Assembly: GCA_964434665.1 (NCBI GenBank)
Contig: CAYSVX010000001.1
Coordinates: 33,050-97,049 of the forward strand
DNA length: 64,000 bases
Reading direction: 5' to 3'
Source of the DNA: an uncultured Anaerolineaceae bacterium
GTDB taxonomy: Bacteria; Chloroflexota; Anaerolineae; Anaerolineales; Anaerolineaceae
Position 1 is the first letter of the stretch, and each line of letters starts with the position of its first letter. The notes under the pieces are model-generated. The model was not told where the DNA came from and ran no database searches. It worked only from the letters and a program-made list of their open reading frames with translations. This document shows positions 19,097 to 28,140 of this stretch, piece after piece. Position numbers and translations under genes: made by a program.

Positions 19097-19921
19097 ATGA
19101 CTGAACTATCAGCGGATAATCGTTACATAAATCGCTTTAGCATTGTCCTGGCAACCCTGGCAACATTCTTTGCTGCTTTGTACCTGATGCCCAGGGAGCA
19201 GTTCACACCCGGGACGAATCTGTTTGGTTTCATCATCAACCTAAGTGTTTTTGGGTCAGTTCCGTTATTGCTGATGCTTTTGTGTACTGGTGGATGTTTT
19301 TGGTTATTTCTTACGCATCCAGACCGTGAAAAGTTTGTTGAATCACCATGGATTTTGTTACCAAATGTTGTCCTCCCGAGCCTGGCAGCTCTGATAACAA
19401 GTACCGTCCTGACTCAATTGGAAAGGAATCCATCCTGGTGGTTCGCCCTCGGATTTGGGTTGGTGGTTATCGGGGTCATTTTGAGCGCAGAATACCGGGT
19501 TCTCAGCCCCGGAGGTGAAGCTTATCGATTTGTCGCCCCGTTGTTGATAAGCCTAGCATTTGGTTTGTTTCTTGCCTTCGCGACTTCTCTCGCTGCCTCA
19601 AAACTGAGGCTTTATGTCCAAGCAATTTTGATTCTTATCACAGCTGGGTTCGTTGCTTTTCGCACGCTGCACCTGCGGACAAATGGTGCGGTGGCGTTCT
19701 CAAAAGTGCTCGTTTCCGGGCTGTTGACGGCTCAAGTTGCTGGAGCTCTTTATTACCTGTTTTTGAAACCAGTCCAACAAGGTTTGTTCGTCGGTGGAGT
19801 GCTTTACATATTGACGGCATTATTCGTGATTGAAGGACCAATCACCTGGCGTAAGTTAATTGATCCGCTGCTGATGGCTGGATTGTTGACTATATTATTT
19901 ATTGTTGTGAGCTTCGCCTAA
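19097..19921 (+). CDS. polytopic membrane protein, unknown function
   Basis: Start set at ATG 19097 (MTELSADNRYINRF); the track start at 18941 would overlap the divergent gene. About 8 hydrophobic segments. Confidence 0.6.
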   Translation: MTELSADNRYINRFSIVLATLATFFAALYLMPREQFTPGTNLFGFIINLSVFGSVPLLLMLLCTGGCFWLFLTHPDREKFVESPWILLPNVVLPSLAALITSTVLTQLERNPSWWFALGFGLVVIGVILSAEYRVLSPGGEAYRFVAPLLISLAFGLFLAFATSLAASKLRLYVQAILILITAGFVAFRTLHLRTNGAVAFSKVLVSGLLTAQVAGALYYLFLKPVQQGLFVGGVLYILTALFVIEGPITWRKLIDPLLMAGLLTILFIVVSFA

Positions 19922-20754
19922 GATTCCAACTTCCGGATTTCTTGATAATAAAGCCACTGCAGGTTGCGGATGTGTAAATCCTGCGCGAGTCCACCCAAGC
20001 TGACACGGTGTTTACCGGTATCTTCAATGTCCTGCGCTGAAATATATTCAAGGGGGTTGCGCCGTCGCATGGCAGTTTTGACGATTTTTTGCAGGCTCTG
20101 CAAATATTCAAGGTTGTGGTTTTTTACCTCTTCAATTTCACCCCGCAGGATGATATCTCCGTGACCCTGAACAATATTTTCGAGTCCCATATTGCCAATG
20201 TGAGCAATCGATGAAGACAACACACTAATATCTCCACCGACAAAGTAAGGCACAGGCATGAACGTGTCGCCTGCAAACATGATCCTTTCATCCTCAAGCA
20301 GGACTGAAAGGCTGTCCTCTGAATGACCAGGGGTCCCAAAGATCTGGAGCTGTTTTTTTCCGATTCGCAGAGTCAAAGTGCCGGAGCTAAAAGTGACTTG
20401 GGGAGGGGTGATGCTGATATCCCGAAAAAGGGAGTTTTCCTGTCCTGCTTCAGCCAGAGCAGAAGTGCTCTTTTCCAGCATCAAATCACGGCATAGTTGA
20501 TGACCGATAATTGTGGCATTAGGAAAAATACAATTACCCCAGGAGTGATCAGCATGGTGGTGAGTGTTTATGATGTACTTGACCGGAACCATAAGCTGCG
20601 ATTCGATGAAATTCCGAATGCGCGGCGTCTCGGAAGGCATGAGGGTGTCGATTAATACCGCCCATTGGGGACCAACAATTGTGCCCGCGGTAACCTGCGC
20701 ATATACTTCACTTTGGAACCAGTAAACATTATCTGAGACGCGTTCTTTTAACAT
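19918..20754 (-). CDS. MBL-fold metallo-hydrolase
   Basis: HxHxDH motif INTHHHADHSWG, followed by a later GHSEDS and HGD. Confidence 0.85.
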   Translation of the reverse strand: MLKERVSDNVYWFQSEVYAQVTAGTIVGPQWAVLIDTLMPSETPRIRNFIESQLMVPVKYIINTHHHADHSWGNCIFPNATIIGHQLCRDLMLEKSTSALAEAGQENSLFRDISITPPQVTFSSGTLTLRIGKKQLQIFGTPGHSEDSLSVLLEDERIMFAGDTFMPVPYFVGGDISVLSSSIAHIGNMGLENIVQGHGDIILRGEIEEVKNHNLEYLQSLQKIVKTAMRRRNPLEYISAQDIEDTGKHRVSLGGLAQDLHIRNLQWLYYQEIRKLES

Positions 20755-20816
20755 ATCAGGCTATCCCTTTTAATAATGGGCATAGAATAGCATACTCAAA
20801 ACTAAATGTCAAAAAA

Positions 20817-22820
20817 TTAGCGTTTTCGATGAATGAAAAACCATAGAAGGGCGGCCAGTACCAACACTGCCAGTCCGCCAAGAAAGAACGGCACGCTTTT
20901 TTGACCTGAATAACGGTCAGTTTTTCCGAGCAGACCTGAATTTGGCGTTCCAGAGATTGTGGGTGAAGGCGTGCGCGATGGTGTCGCGGTAATGGTGGGT
21001 GTCTCTTCCTGAGTTGGTTCCAGATCTGGATCCTGCTCGATGGTTGGGGTCTCCGTTTGTGTCACAAGAAATAGAGTGGGCTCTTCCGGGAGGTCAGTCC
21101 TAAATGCGGATGTAGCGGTATAGAAAGGAGTCAGAGTCCGTGTAGGCGTGATTGTCCGCGTAGCGGTACCTGTTCGTGTAGGAGTGCGTGTGATGGTGGC
21201 TGTGAGGGTGTTTGTTGCGGTGGATTGGGGTGTGATGGAAGCACTGATAGGTCCCACTACTTGTTGAATTGAGCCGTCCGTGTTCAAGATCACCAATTCG
21301 TAGTAGTAGGTTTGACCGACCGCAGCTGTGGAGTCAGTGTAGCTGTAACTGTCGCCTGAAGCTGGTAAGCCGGCAGCATCTATATCGTTGGAGATTATTT
21401 CGTAAGCGCCATCGGATGTAAGGGCCCGGGTTACCTGAAAACTTTGTGCATTAAATTCTGTAACAGTTGTCCAATTCAGGTTGATTGCATTGGTGGCAGG
21501 AGTTGCAGTGAAAGAAAGAATTCCTGCTTGTTCATAGCCGATCACAAAAGGTGTAAAAAACAGGTCGTTGAGCAGATCCGGACGACCGTCATTGTCAACA
21601 ACTACCTCAATTGTTTTTGAAGCCGTACGGCAGGTGGTTTCCTGTCCTGGAAAAATGTTTCCAAATGAAGATTGAGGTTTGTCTCCAGTTTTGTCCCACT
21701 GGTCTGTAACTTGGGTCTTTGGATCAAACCAAAGCAAGGGGAACTTGGTCTGATTTCCGGATCCACAAAATGCAGCAGATTGTATGATTGGAGCACAGTC
21801 ATTCGTATTGCGATAGGCAATCGAAAGGGTGATCGTGTCGGGAGAGACTGATGGTGGAAGAAAAATGTCGAAATAATTGCTGCATTGATATGGACTGTCA
21901 GCGGAAGCGGTAAAAGGGGCTGAGTTTCCGTGGTTCACCACGTACAAGTCCACTGGATTTGGGCTGCTGGCTTTAAAGCCGTAAAAATCAGCTGAAGGTA
22001 AGGAAGATGTCAGGCTCAACAATCGGGCAGCTACACCTGTAGTTTCGGTCACAATTGGAGCGTCAAGCCGCTTTTCATCGACCGCTCCACAGCCGGCGGC
22101 GGATTGGCTTGGGAGCACACCTTCGCCCCAAAAATTATGATCCACCAGGCTGTCCCTTATGCAAGATACCTGGGTGGTCGTGCCGTTGGAGGTGATGTTG
22201 TTTGCCACAATTTGCAGTTGTGCGGTTGGATCAGTGTTGATGCTATTGACAGCAGCCTGGTTACTATTGATGCGGTTAAACCGCAAGTTCAGTTGCCCTG
22301 CTCCTGCCAGGTAGGAAACGGCCGTTTGACCATTTTCAAGCGTGCTGTGTTCAATTATTACTGGCGATGCGCTGTTGACGACCAACAAATCCCTTGACGG
22401 GCTATTACAAGCACCGTCATTCAGGGAGATATCGCGAATGGTAGTTTGTGCTGACACAATAAACATTGGACGGCTGCAGTCACTGGTGGAGGTGCTGACC
22501 CAGCCGCTGTTCTTGCCAACGATATCGACGGGAAAATCAACCACAACTGTATGACTGTTGATCTCATAAGGAGAAAGAACATTGATGGTGGCTCCGGTGA
22601 GGTTGTTGTCGCGTGCAAATTTTACAGCCTTCATTAAGGCGATTGACTCAGGTAAGTCCGTTATGTCGTTAAAAAAACAGTTGTTGTAGCCAGCACACAA
22701 AGTTGCAGTATTTGCTACATAGAGTTGATTCTCCTGTTGCGGATCAGCGGCAGATATTCCCTCCACGCCAAAACCTCCGAGGAGCAGAAAGACCAGGAAA
22801 ATGTACACCAATTTTTTCAT
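20817..22820 (-). CDS. secreted/cell-surface protein: signal peptide, parallel beta-helix region, Ig/FN3-like domain, Thr/Pro/Arg-rich stalk, C-terminal TM anchor
   Basis: Start ATG 22820 gives MKKLVYIFLVFLLLGGFGVEGISAADP. The N/S/T-rich repeats with spaced Cys resemble PbH1 repeats. The stalk reads TATITRTPTRTGTATRTITPTRTLTP...TPTITATPSRTPSPT. The C-terminus is FFLGGLAVLVLAALLWFFIHRKR. Confidence 0.7.
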   Translation of the reverse strand: MKKLVYIFLVFLLLGGFGVEGISAADPQQENQLYVANTATLCAGYNNCFFNDITDLPESIALMKAVKFARDNNLTGATINVLSPYEINSHTVVVDFPVDIVGKNSGWVSTSTSDCSRPMFIVSAQTTIRDISLNDGACNSPSRDLLVVNSASPVIIEHSTLENGQTAVSYLAGAGQLNLRFNRINSNQAAVNSINTDPTAQLQIVANNITSNGTTTQVSCIRDSLVDHNFWGEGVLPSQSAAGCGAVDEKRLDAPIVTETTGVAARLLSLTSSLPSADFYGFKASSPNPVDLYVVNHGNSAPFTASADSPYQCSNYFDIFLPPSVSPDTITLSIAYRNTNDCAPIIQSAAFCGSGNQTKFPLLWFDPKTQVTDQWDKTGDKPQSSFGNIFPGQETTCRTASKTIEVVVDNDGRPDLLNDLFFTPFVIGYEQAGILSFTATPATNAINLNWTTVTEFNAQSFQVTRALTSDGAYEIISNDIDAAGLPASGDSYSYTDSTAAVGQTYYYELVILNTDGSIQQVVGPISASITPQSTATNTLTATITRTPTRTGTATRTITPTRTLTPFYTATSAFRTDLPEEPTLFLVTQTETPTIEQDPDLEPTQEETPTITATPSRTPSPTISGTPNSGLLGKTDRYSGQKSVPFFLGGLAVLVLAALLWFFIHRKR

Positions 22821-22880
22821 ATTTGACAAAAAAATTATATCACTCAGCATCGATAGGCTGACGCATGTTAAAATTAGTGT

Positions 22881-23747
22881 ATGCAAAAAATGAAATTAAA
22901 TTTCAATTGGTTTTTCGTTGGTTCAGCGACTGCGAGCTACTTGCTGGGAGTGATGATTGCCAGCTGGTCCGGACGTTCGATCAGCTTTGTGAGCCTGGCT
23001 TCAGGCTTGATCATTTTTTATGCGTTTTGCCTCCTCCAGGAGGTCCAGCGCTTTCTAACCTCCAATCGGGTAAATCTTTTCACGAGGGTAAAACCTGGCG
23101 GACGTAATCACTCGTCAACCTCGCTGACGCTGATAATAGGGTCATTTTTTATGATTTCAGCTGGGCTCTATCTTCTGCTCCAGGCTGAGGTGCTCATAGG
23201 CACTAACTTGCTGCTTCTCACTGCGCTCGCGATTGTAATGTTCTTATCAATGGGAAGGTTTAGCCGGCTGTGGATCAACTCCGTGTCGTGGTTTTTTGAA
23301 GGGTTGGTTGTTTCACCGATTATGTTCCTGCTGGGTAGCGAAATTCAAGAATACCTGTTTTCTTATTTGCTTTTCTTGCTCTGGATGCCTGTTTTCTTTC
23401 TTTATGCCGCTTCAGCGATCACCCTTCTCTTTTCGGATTACGATCAGAGCAAATCAAACAGGAGCAGCGGTTTTATTACCTCGGTTGGTTGGGAAAAAGC
23501 ACTCAGATTTCACCACGGGCTCATTCTCCTGACCTATGTCAGTTTGTTGATCTATTTGGCAATCAGCAACACGTGGTCCCGCAACTGGCCGACCTTGTTG
23601 CTGGCTTTGATCAGTGGGGCTGAAGTGTTCTTCCTGCAACAGATGGCAGGAGGCATGCGGCCGAATTGGCAGCTGTTGAGGGCATTGGCGATTGTACAAT
23701 TCTTTTCTTTGATTTATCTTTTAGCGTATCCTTTGCTCACCAAATGA
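22881..23747 (+). CDS. polytopic membrane protein, unknown function
   Basis: 288 aa with about 8 hydrophobic segments and no recognisable catalytic motif. Start could be 22881 or 22890. Confidence 0.55.
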   Translation: MQKMKLNFNWFFVGSATASYLLGVMIASWSGRSISFVSLASGLIIFYAFCLLQEVQRFLTSNRVNLFTRVKPGGRNHSSTSLTLIIGSFFMISAGLYLLLQAEVLIGTNLLLLTALAIVMFLSMGRFSRLWINSVSWFFEGLVVSPIMFLLGSEIQEYLFSYLLFLLWMPVFFLYAASAITLLFSDYDQSKSNRSSGFITSVGWEKALRFHHGLILLTYVSLLIYLAISNTWSRNWPTLLLALISGAEVFFLQQMAGGMRPNWQLLRALAIVQFFSLIYLLAYPLLTK

Positions 23748-23762
23748 AATAATGGAGGAAAA

Positions 23763-24221
23763 ATGACTTTAGTAGTTAACCAACCTGCGCCAGACTTTGA
23801 ACTGAAAGATCAAAATGGAGAACCGCACAAACTCTCGGATTATCGCGGAAAACGGCTCGTTCTCTATTTTTATCCTAAGGACGACACGCCTGGATGTACC
23901 GCTGAGGCCTGCAGTTTTAGAGACAACTATTCAGTCTTTAAGCAGAATGACATTGAAATACTGGGTGTAAGCGCTGATTCTGAGAAATCACATGCGAAAT
24001 TCCAGGAGAAGTATCAGCTGCCTTTTACGCTGCTTTCCGATACGGACCACGCTGTCAGTGAAGCGTATGGGGTGTGGGGTTTAAAACAATACATGGGGCG
24101 CGAGTATTACGGCATCAACCGGACTACTTTCCTGATTGATGAAGAAGGCAACCTGATAAAAGTATACGAAAAAGTAAAACCTGCGGAGCACGCGCAGGAG
24201 ATCATGGAAGAATTTATTTAG
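23763..24221 (+). CDS. bcp: thiol peroxidase / peroxiredoxin Bcp
   Basis: Motif FYPKDDTPGCTAEAC with the peroxidatic Cys. 152 aa. GGAGGA RBS. Confidence 0.9.
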   Translation: MTLVVNQPAPDFELKDQNGEPHKLSDYRGKRLVLYFYPKDDTPGCTAEACSFRDNYSVFKQNDIEILGVSADSEKSHAKFQEKYQLPFTLLSDTDHAVSEAYGVWGLKQYMGREYYGINRTTFLIDEEGNLIKVYEKVKPAEHAQEIMEEFI

Positions 24222-24230
24222 ACAACAGGT

Positions 24231-24575
24231 TTACTGGACGCTGAGCACGACTTTGGCTTTCTGCCATAAGCCTTCGAGGTCGTAATATTCCCGCATCTCG
24301 GGACTCAGTAAGTGAACAACTACATAACCGTAATCCAAAACTATCCAGCCGGATTGACCGCTGCTTTCCACAACAGGCGTCAATCCGGTTTCTGGTTTAA
24401 TTATTTCACGGACATAATCAGCCAGGCTCTGCAGCATTCTTTCGCTGGTGCCATTAGCGATTACAAAGGAGTCCGTAAAGTCAGAGATACCGGTAAGGTC
24501 GAGGAGCAGAATATTTTCTGCAAGTTTTTCTTCAAGAATGTGTACGATCTTGCGTCCTAAGTTAATTGGTTCCAG
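24231..24575 (-). CDS. rsfS: ribosome silencing factor RsfS
   Basis: The track shows only the C-terminal 68 aa from ATG 24437. The frame stays open upstream through ...LEPINLGRKIVHILEEKLAENILLLDLTGISDFTDSFVIANGTSER, a typical RsfS N-half. No in-frame ATG/GTG/TTG follows the upstream TGA. The best candidate start is CTG 24575, 4 nt after GAGGTG. Confidence 0.72.
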   Translation of the reverse strand: MEPINLGRKIVHILEEKLAENILLLDLTGISDFTDSFVIANGTSERMLQSLADYVREIIKPETGLTPVVESSGQSGWIVLDYGYVVVHLLSPEMREYYDLEGLWQKAKVVLSVQ

Positions 24576-24597
24576 GTTTCACCTCGCTGCAGGAAGT

Positions 24598-25191
24598 TTA
24601 GCACAGATTTTTTAGGGCATGCCGGCTCAGTACAGTGTATACAGGTCCGCCAGGTTTGAGGACGCTTTGGTACAAAAGCACTTCCCTGATTCTTGTAGAA
24701 CCCGCTTTAACATTTCCATGTTTGGCGAAGAGCTTGGAGAAGATCTCGCCTGAAGCCCCCCGAGCATTTTCATTGACTCTGCCCAGGGTGAGATGTGGGG
24801 TAAACTGCCCTTTTTCAGGTTCAACGACCAAACCGTTATCCTGAATGATCGCCTTCGCCAGGGCTGTGACAGGCGCAGGATTGTTCACTCCAAGCCAGAT
24901 AATTCGGGGATTGTTCCGGGAAGGAAACGCGCCTAGATTGGCAAACTCCAGATCGAATTCTTTAAAGTTTTGACAGATTTTTTCGAGAGTATCCTTAAGT
25001 TTTGGAATTAATCCTTCGTCAGTATCACCCAGGAAAAGCAACGTGAGGTGCAGGTTTTGTGGAGATGTGTATCTGACACCCTCCACAGGATATTCCCGCT
25101 TGATGGTTGAGGTCAGCCTGAATATCGTATCAAGCAACGCTGGTTCAGGATCTATAGCAATAAACAAACGCTTTAGCATGGGTTTCCTCAT
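24598..25191 (-). CDS. thpR: RNA 2',3'-cyclic phosphodiesterase (2H family)
   Basis: Two HxTx motifs, HLTLLFLG and HLTLGR. The start may instead be Met5 (25179). Confidence 0.85.
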   Translation of the reverse strand: MRKPMLKRLFIAIDPEPALLDTIFRLTSTIKREYPVEGVRYTSPQNLHLTLLFLGDTDEGLIPKLKDTLEKICQNFKEFDLEFANLGAFPSRNNPRIIWLGVNNPAPVTALAKAIIQDNGLVVEPEKGQFTPHLTLGRVNENARGASGEIFSKLFAKHGNVKAGSTRIREVLLYQSVLKPGGPVYTVLSRHALKNLC

Positions 25192-25477
25192 TTCGTATAT
25201 ATAGATTATACAGTCTTTGATGGGTCAAGTTCGGGATTGTCCAAAAGTATGGTATAAAAAAGATACCCTGCTGTGTTCGTGATGCTGACATTCAGTTTTG
25301 TACCAACACGAACAAAAAAGGTCTGACCTTATACAGGTGACGTGATAGACAATAGTCAAGATCGATCCTGGTAGTAGGACCATCCTGCGATTGCAGGTTC
25401 AAAACCCTCCGGCACACGGCATGGCGGGGTAACGTTATCAAAACCCAGGACTCCACTTTTTTTGGTATCATTGAGTA

Positions 25478-26143
25478 GTGAAACAAACCCGCTTCTTCCT
25501 AATCTGTGTAATCATCCTGCTTTTCCTAAACAGTTGTTCGTCGTTACAGAACCTGCAATTTAGCCAGGACAAGCTTCCATGGAAATCCGCGGGTGAGGTA
25601 TTGCTCCAGGATGATTTCAGCGATGACTCAACTGGCTGGGAAATCGTGAACAACGTCTATGAACTGAAGGGTTATTCAAGTGAAGGTTACCTGATTTCAG
25701 TTAACAATAAAGGGGGGAGATCAATATCGACGACTGGTTTGCAGTACAACGACACCAAAATTCAGGTGGAGACCCGGAAGCTTACCGGCAGCAATGATTC
25801 CTATCTTGGAATAGTCTGCCGTTATCAGGACAAGCAGAATTATTATCGTTTTTTCGTAACACCTGATGGTTACACAGGCATTGTCAAGGTTGTGAACGGA
25901 GAGATCAGCACCCTGCCTAATGGAAAAATGAATTACAACCACGATGTGAAACAGAATGACGCAGCGAATTTGCTTGAGGTCTTCTGCGTAGGAAGCCAGT
26001 TGAGTTTGGTCGTAAATGGCAAACTTGCTGTAACCGCTGAAGATGACCAGCTCACAAAGGGGGACACAGGGATTTTTGCGGAGACCGGAACAGATGGCTC
26101 GGGCTCCTTTATTTTCAACAATTTTATTGTTACCAAACCGTAA
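25478..26143 (+). CDS. putative lipoprotein with concanavalin/DUF1080-like beta-sandwich
   Basis: GTG start. Signal peptide KQTRFFLICVIILLFLNSC with Cys. The C-terminal half (NYYRFFVTPDG...LSLVVNGK...GDTGIFAETG) resembles LamG/DUF1080 folds. This is a weak, recognition-only call. Confidence 0.55.
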   Translation: MKQTRFFLICVIILLFLNSCSSLQNLQFSQDKLPWKSAGEVLLQDDFSDDSTGWEIVNNVYELKGYSSEGYLISVNNKGGRSISTTGLQYNDTKIQVETRKLTGSNDSYLGIVCRYQDKQNYYRFFVTPDGYTGIVKVVNGEISTLPNGKMNYNHDVKQNDAANLLEVFCVGSQLSLVVNGKLAVTAEDDQLTKGDTGIFAETGTDGSGSFIFNNFIVTKP

Positions 26144-27418
26144 ATGAAAGTTTTTCTCAATATGGTCGGCTGCCGCCTAAACCAGGCGGAAATAGAACAG
26201 CTTGCTCTATCGTTGACTGAAGCTGGCGTTGAGGTTGTCTCGAACCCTGAACAGGCGGATGAGATCGTCATCAATACCTGCTGCGTGACAGCTAAAGCCT
26301 CGGCAGACTCACGAAAAATGCTCAGACATCACAAATCTCATTATCCTGATGCCCGAGTGATAGGCACAGGTTGTTGGGTCAGCATCAGCCAGGATAAGCC
26401 AACTGAGCAATTGCAGATCCTGGACCAGGCATATGGTAATCCTGAAAAAGAGCAAATCCTGGCAGACTTGTTGGAAAAAGCAGCCCCTGACCGATTTGGG
26501 TTTGGACAATACCGACCTGACCTCGGAGCTCGCAACAGAACGCGTGGATTTGTGAAGGTGCAGGATGGATGTGACAACCGCTGCGCTTATTGTTTGACCC
26601 AGATTGCGAGGGGGAGCTCGGTCAGCACCAGCTCAAACAGCGTGATCGCTTACGCTCGTAAACTGCAAAACCTTGGGGTTAAGGAAATTGTTCTGACCGG
26701 AGTCCAACTTGGATCCTGGGGTAAAGATTTACTACCGAGGAAAACACTAGCAGACTTGGTACAGATGCTGCTGGAACAAACTGAGATTAAACGCATCCGG
26801 CTTTCATCCATCGAACCCTGGGATGTCAGTCCTGAATTGATCGAATTGTTCAAGAACCCTCGGCTCTGCCCACATTTGCACATTCCCTTGCAGTCCGGCT
26901 CAGAAGAAATCCTGCGGTTAATGAACCGACCCATTAATCCAGCGAGATTTCGGAGCATACTGGATCAAATTCGAAAGGCAAATCCTCATTTTGCCATCAC
27001 AACTGACATAATCTGCGGTTTTCCTGGAGAGACACAGGAATTATTCGTACGCTCGCTTGAGTTTATCCGGCAATGCGGATTTAGTGGGGGACATGTTTTT
27101 CCGTTTTCGGTATTACAAGGAACGGCTGCTTACGCCATGACGGGGCACGTACAGGCTTCCATCCGTAAAGAACGCGCCACCATCGTGCGCCAGGTTCTTG
27201 ACCAGGCTGAAGGTGAATTTGTTACCCGCAGATTGGGGCAGGATGCGGAAGTGTTGTTTGAAAGCCAGGTAAAACTAAAGGGTGAATTGGTTTGGCAGGG
27301 GTGGAGCGAGGATTTTTTGAAAATTCACACTTCATCCTCTGAAAACCTCCATAATCGAATCCTGCGAGTGCGACTGGATAGAATAATATCCGAGGGTCAA
27401 ATCATTGGGAAAGTGTAG
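26144..27418 (+). CDS. MiaB/MtaB-family radical SAM methylthiotransferase
   Basis: UPF0004 N-terminus MKVFLNMVGCRLNQAEIE...NTCCVT, radical SAM motif GCDNRCAYC, and a TRAM-like C-terminus. The ATG directly follows the upstream TAA. Confidence 0.85.
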   Translation: MKVFLNMVGCRLNQAEIEQLALSLTEAGVEVVSNPEQADEIVINTCCVTAKASADSRKMLRHHKSHYPDARVIGTGCWVSISQDKPTEQLQILDQAYGNPEKEQILADLLEKAAPDRFGFGQYRPDLGARNRTRGFVKVQDGCDNRCAYCLTQIARGSSVSTSSNSVIAYARKLQNLGVKEIVLTGVQLGSWGKDLLPRKTLADLVQMLLEQTEIKRIRLSSIEPWDVSPELIELFKNPRLCPHLHIPLQSGSEEILRLMNRPINPARFRSILDQIRKANPHFAITTDIICGFPGETQELFVRSLEFIRQCGFSGGHVFPFSVLQGTAAYAMTGHVQASIRKERATIVRQVLDQAEGEFVTRRLGQDAEVLFESQVKLKGELVWQGWSEDFLKIHTSSSENLHNRILRVRLDRIISEGQIIGKV

Positions 27419-27466
27419 GAGAATGCGCTTTACGATGATGAGAACTGAGTTCCCGCATATTGTTAC

Positions 27467-27494
27467 TTGACGGTTGGACTGATTGGGGTAAAAT
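27467..27494 (+). promoter_or_regulatory. candidate sigma70-type promoter upstream of rpmH
   Basis: TTGACG (27467-27472), 16-nt spacer, TAAAAT (27489-27494), about 90 nt upstream of the rpmH ATG. Confidence 0.3.
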
Positions 27495-27586
27495 TATCAG
27501 GTTACATTATTGACTAAATCGATTGAGATAAAAATGTCCATCGGTGATGAGCAAACAACACTGATGGATTGCTGAAAGGAATTGCA

Positions 27587-27760
27587 ATGTCTACAAAAAG
27601 AACTTATCAACCAAAAATTCGCCGCCGTGTGCGCGTTCATGGATTTCGTGCCCGCATGTCTACGAGTGACGGTCAGGAAGTTTTGAAGCGCCGCCGCTTG
27701 CGCGGACGCCATCAGCTGGCCACCAAGTCTAACAATCACGTCAAGCGCGTTCGCTGGTAA
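27587..27760 (+). CDS. rpmH: 50S ribosomal protein L34
   Basis: [45 protein letters not shown], followed by an additional tail. Confidence 0.9.
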   Translation: MSTKRTYQPKIRRRVRVHGFRARMSTSDGQEVLKRRRLRGRHQLATKSNNHVKRVRW

Positions 27761-27771
27761 ACTGTAGCGGG

Positions 27772-28140
27772 ATGGAAGTCGGGTCTAACACCGGGCTTTC
27801 GATCACACACCTCAAAGACCCAAGGGTAATCCAACAGGTCAAACAAGAGGGAGAATCAGTGGCGAATTCGCTTGCAGTTCTTGTGACGAAACCCAACGAC
27901 TTTCAAATAATTCGGTATACGGTGATTGCAAGTCGGACGGTGGGTGGGGCGGTTCAACGCAATCGATGCAGACGTCGATTGCGCAACAGAGCAGTTGAAA
28001 GCCTGAAACAACTCGAAGTGGGCATGGATTGTGTTCTTATCGCTAGAAAAAAGCTTCTTTATGCTGAACCGCAGGAAGTTGACGCTGCGGTTCAAAATTT
28101 GTTTAACCGAATTTATACTCGGATGAGCAAAAATGAATGA
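27772..28140 (+). CDS. rnpA: RNase P protein component
   Basis: Sits directly after rpmH. Basic motif GGAVQRNRCRRRLRN. 122 aa. Confidence 0.8.
   Translation: MEVGSNTGLSITHLKDPRVIQQVKQEGESVANSLAVLVTKPNDFQIIRYTVIASRTVGGAVQRNRCRRRLRNRAVESLKQLEVGMDCVLIARKKLLYAEPQEVDAAVQNLFNRIYTRMSKNE

Noticed and set aside
20950-21250. Repetitive DNA inside the surface-protein gene, considered as a tandem repeat or CRISPR-like array
   Set aside because: The repeats are imperfect, in-frame and encode the Thr/Pro/Arg stalk. There is no spacer-repeat periodicity.
22881-23747. UbiA-type prenyltransferase assignment for the 288-aa membrane protein
   Set aside because: Its size and TM count fit, but I could not find the NxxxDxxxD / DxxxD Asp-rich motifs. 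I left it as unknown.
25192-25477. 286-nt gene-free gap checked for a tRNA-like element or small RNA. Candidates were CCTGC-gatt-GCAGG followed by TTCAAAACC, and a T7 run at 25457-25463. It also contains a 64-aa ORF at 25292-25486.
   Set aside because: I could not build a cloverleaf or a convincing terminator stem before the T-run. The ORF has no RBS or motif. It is probably the promoter/5' UTR for the lipoprotein-methylthiotransferase genes. An Rfam scan would settle it.
27419-27586. Possible oriC, because the rpmH-rnpA-yidC-jag cluster often neighbours dnaA/oriC
   Set aside because: No dnaA or dnaN is in the window. I found no cluster of TTATCCACA-like boxes or an AT-rich unwinding element in this or the other intergenic gaps.
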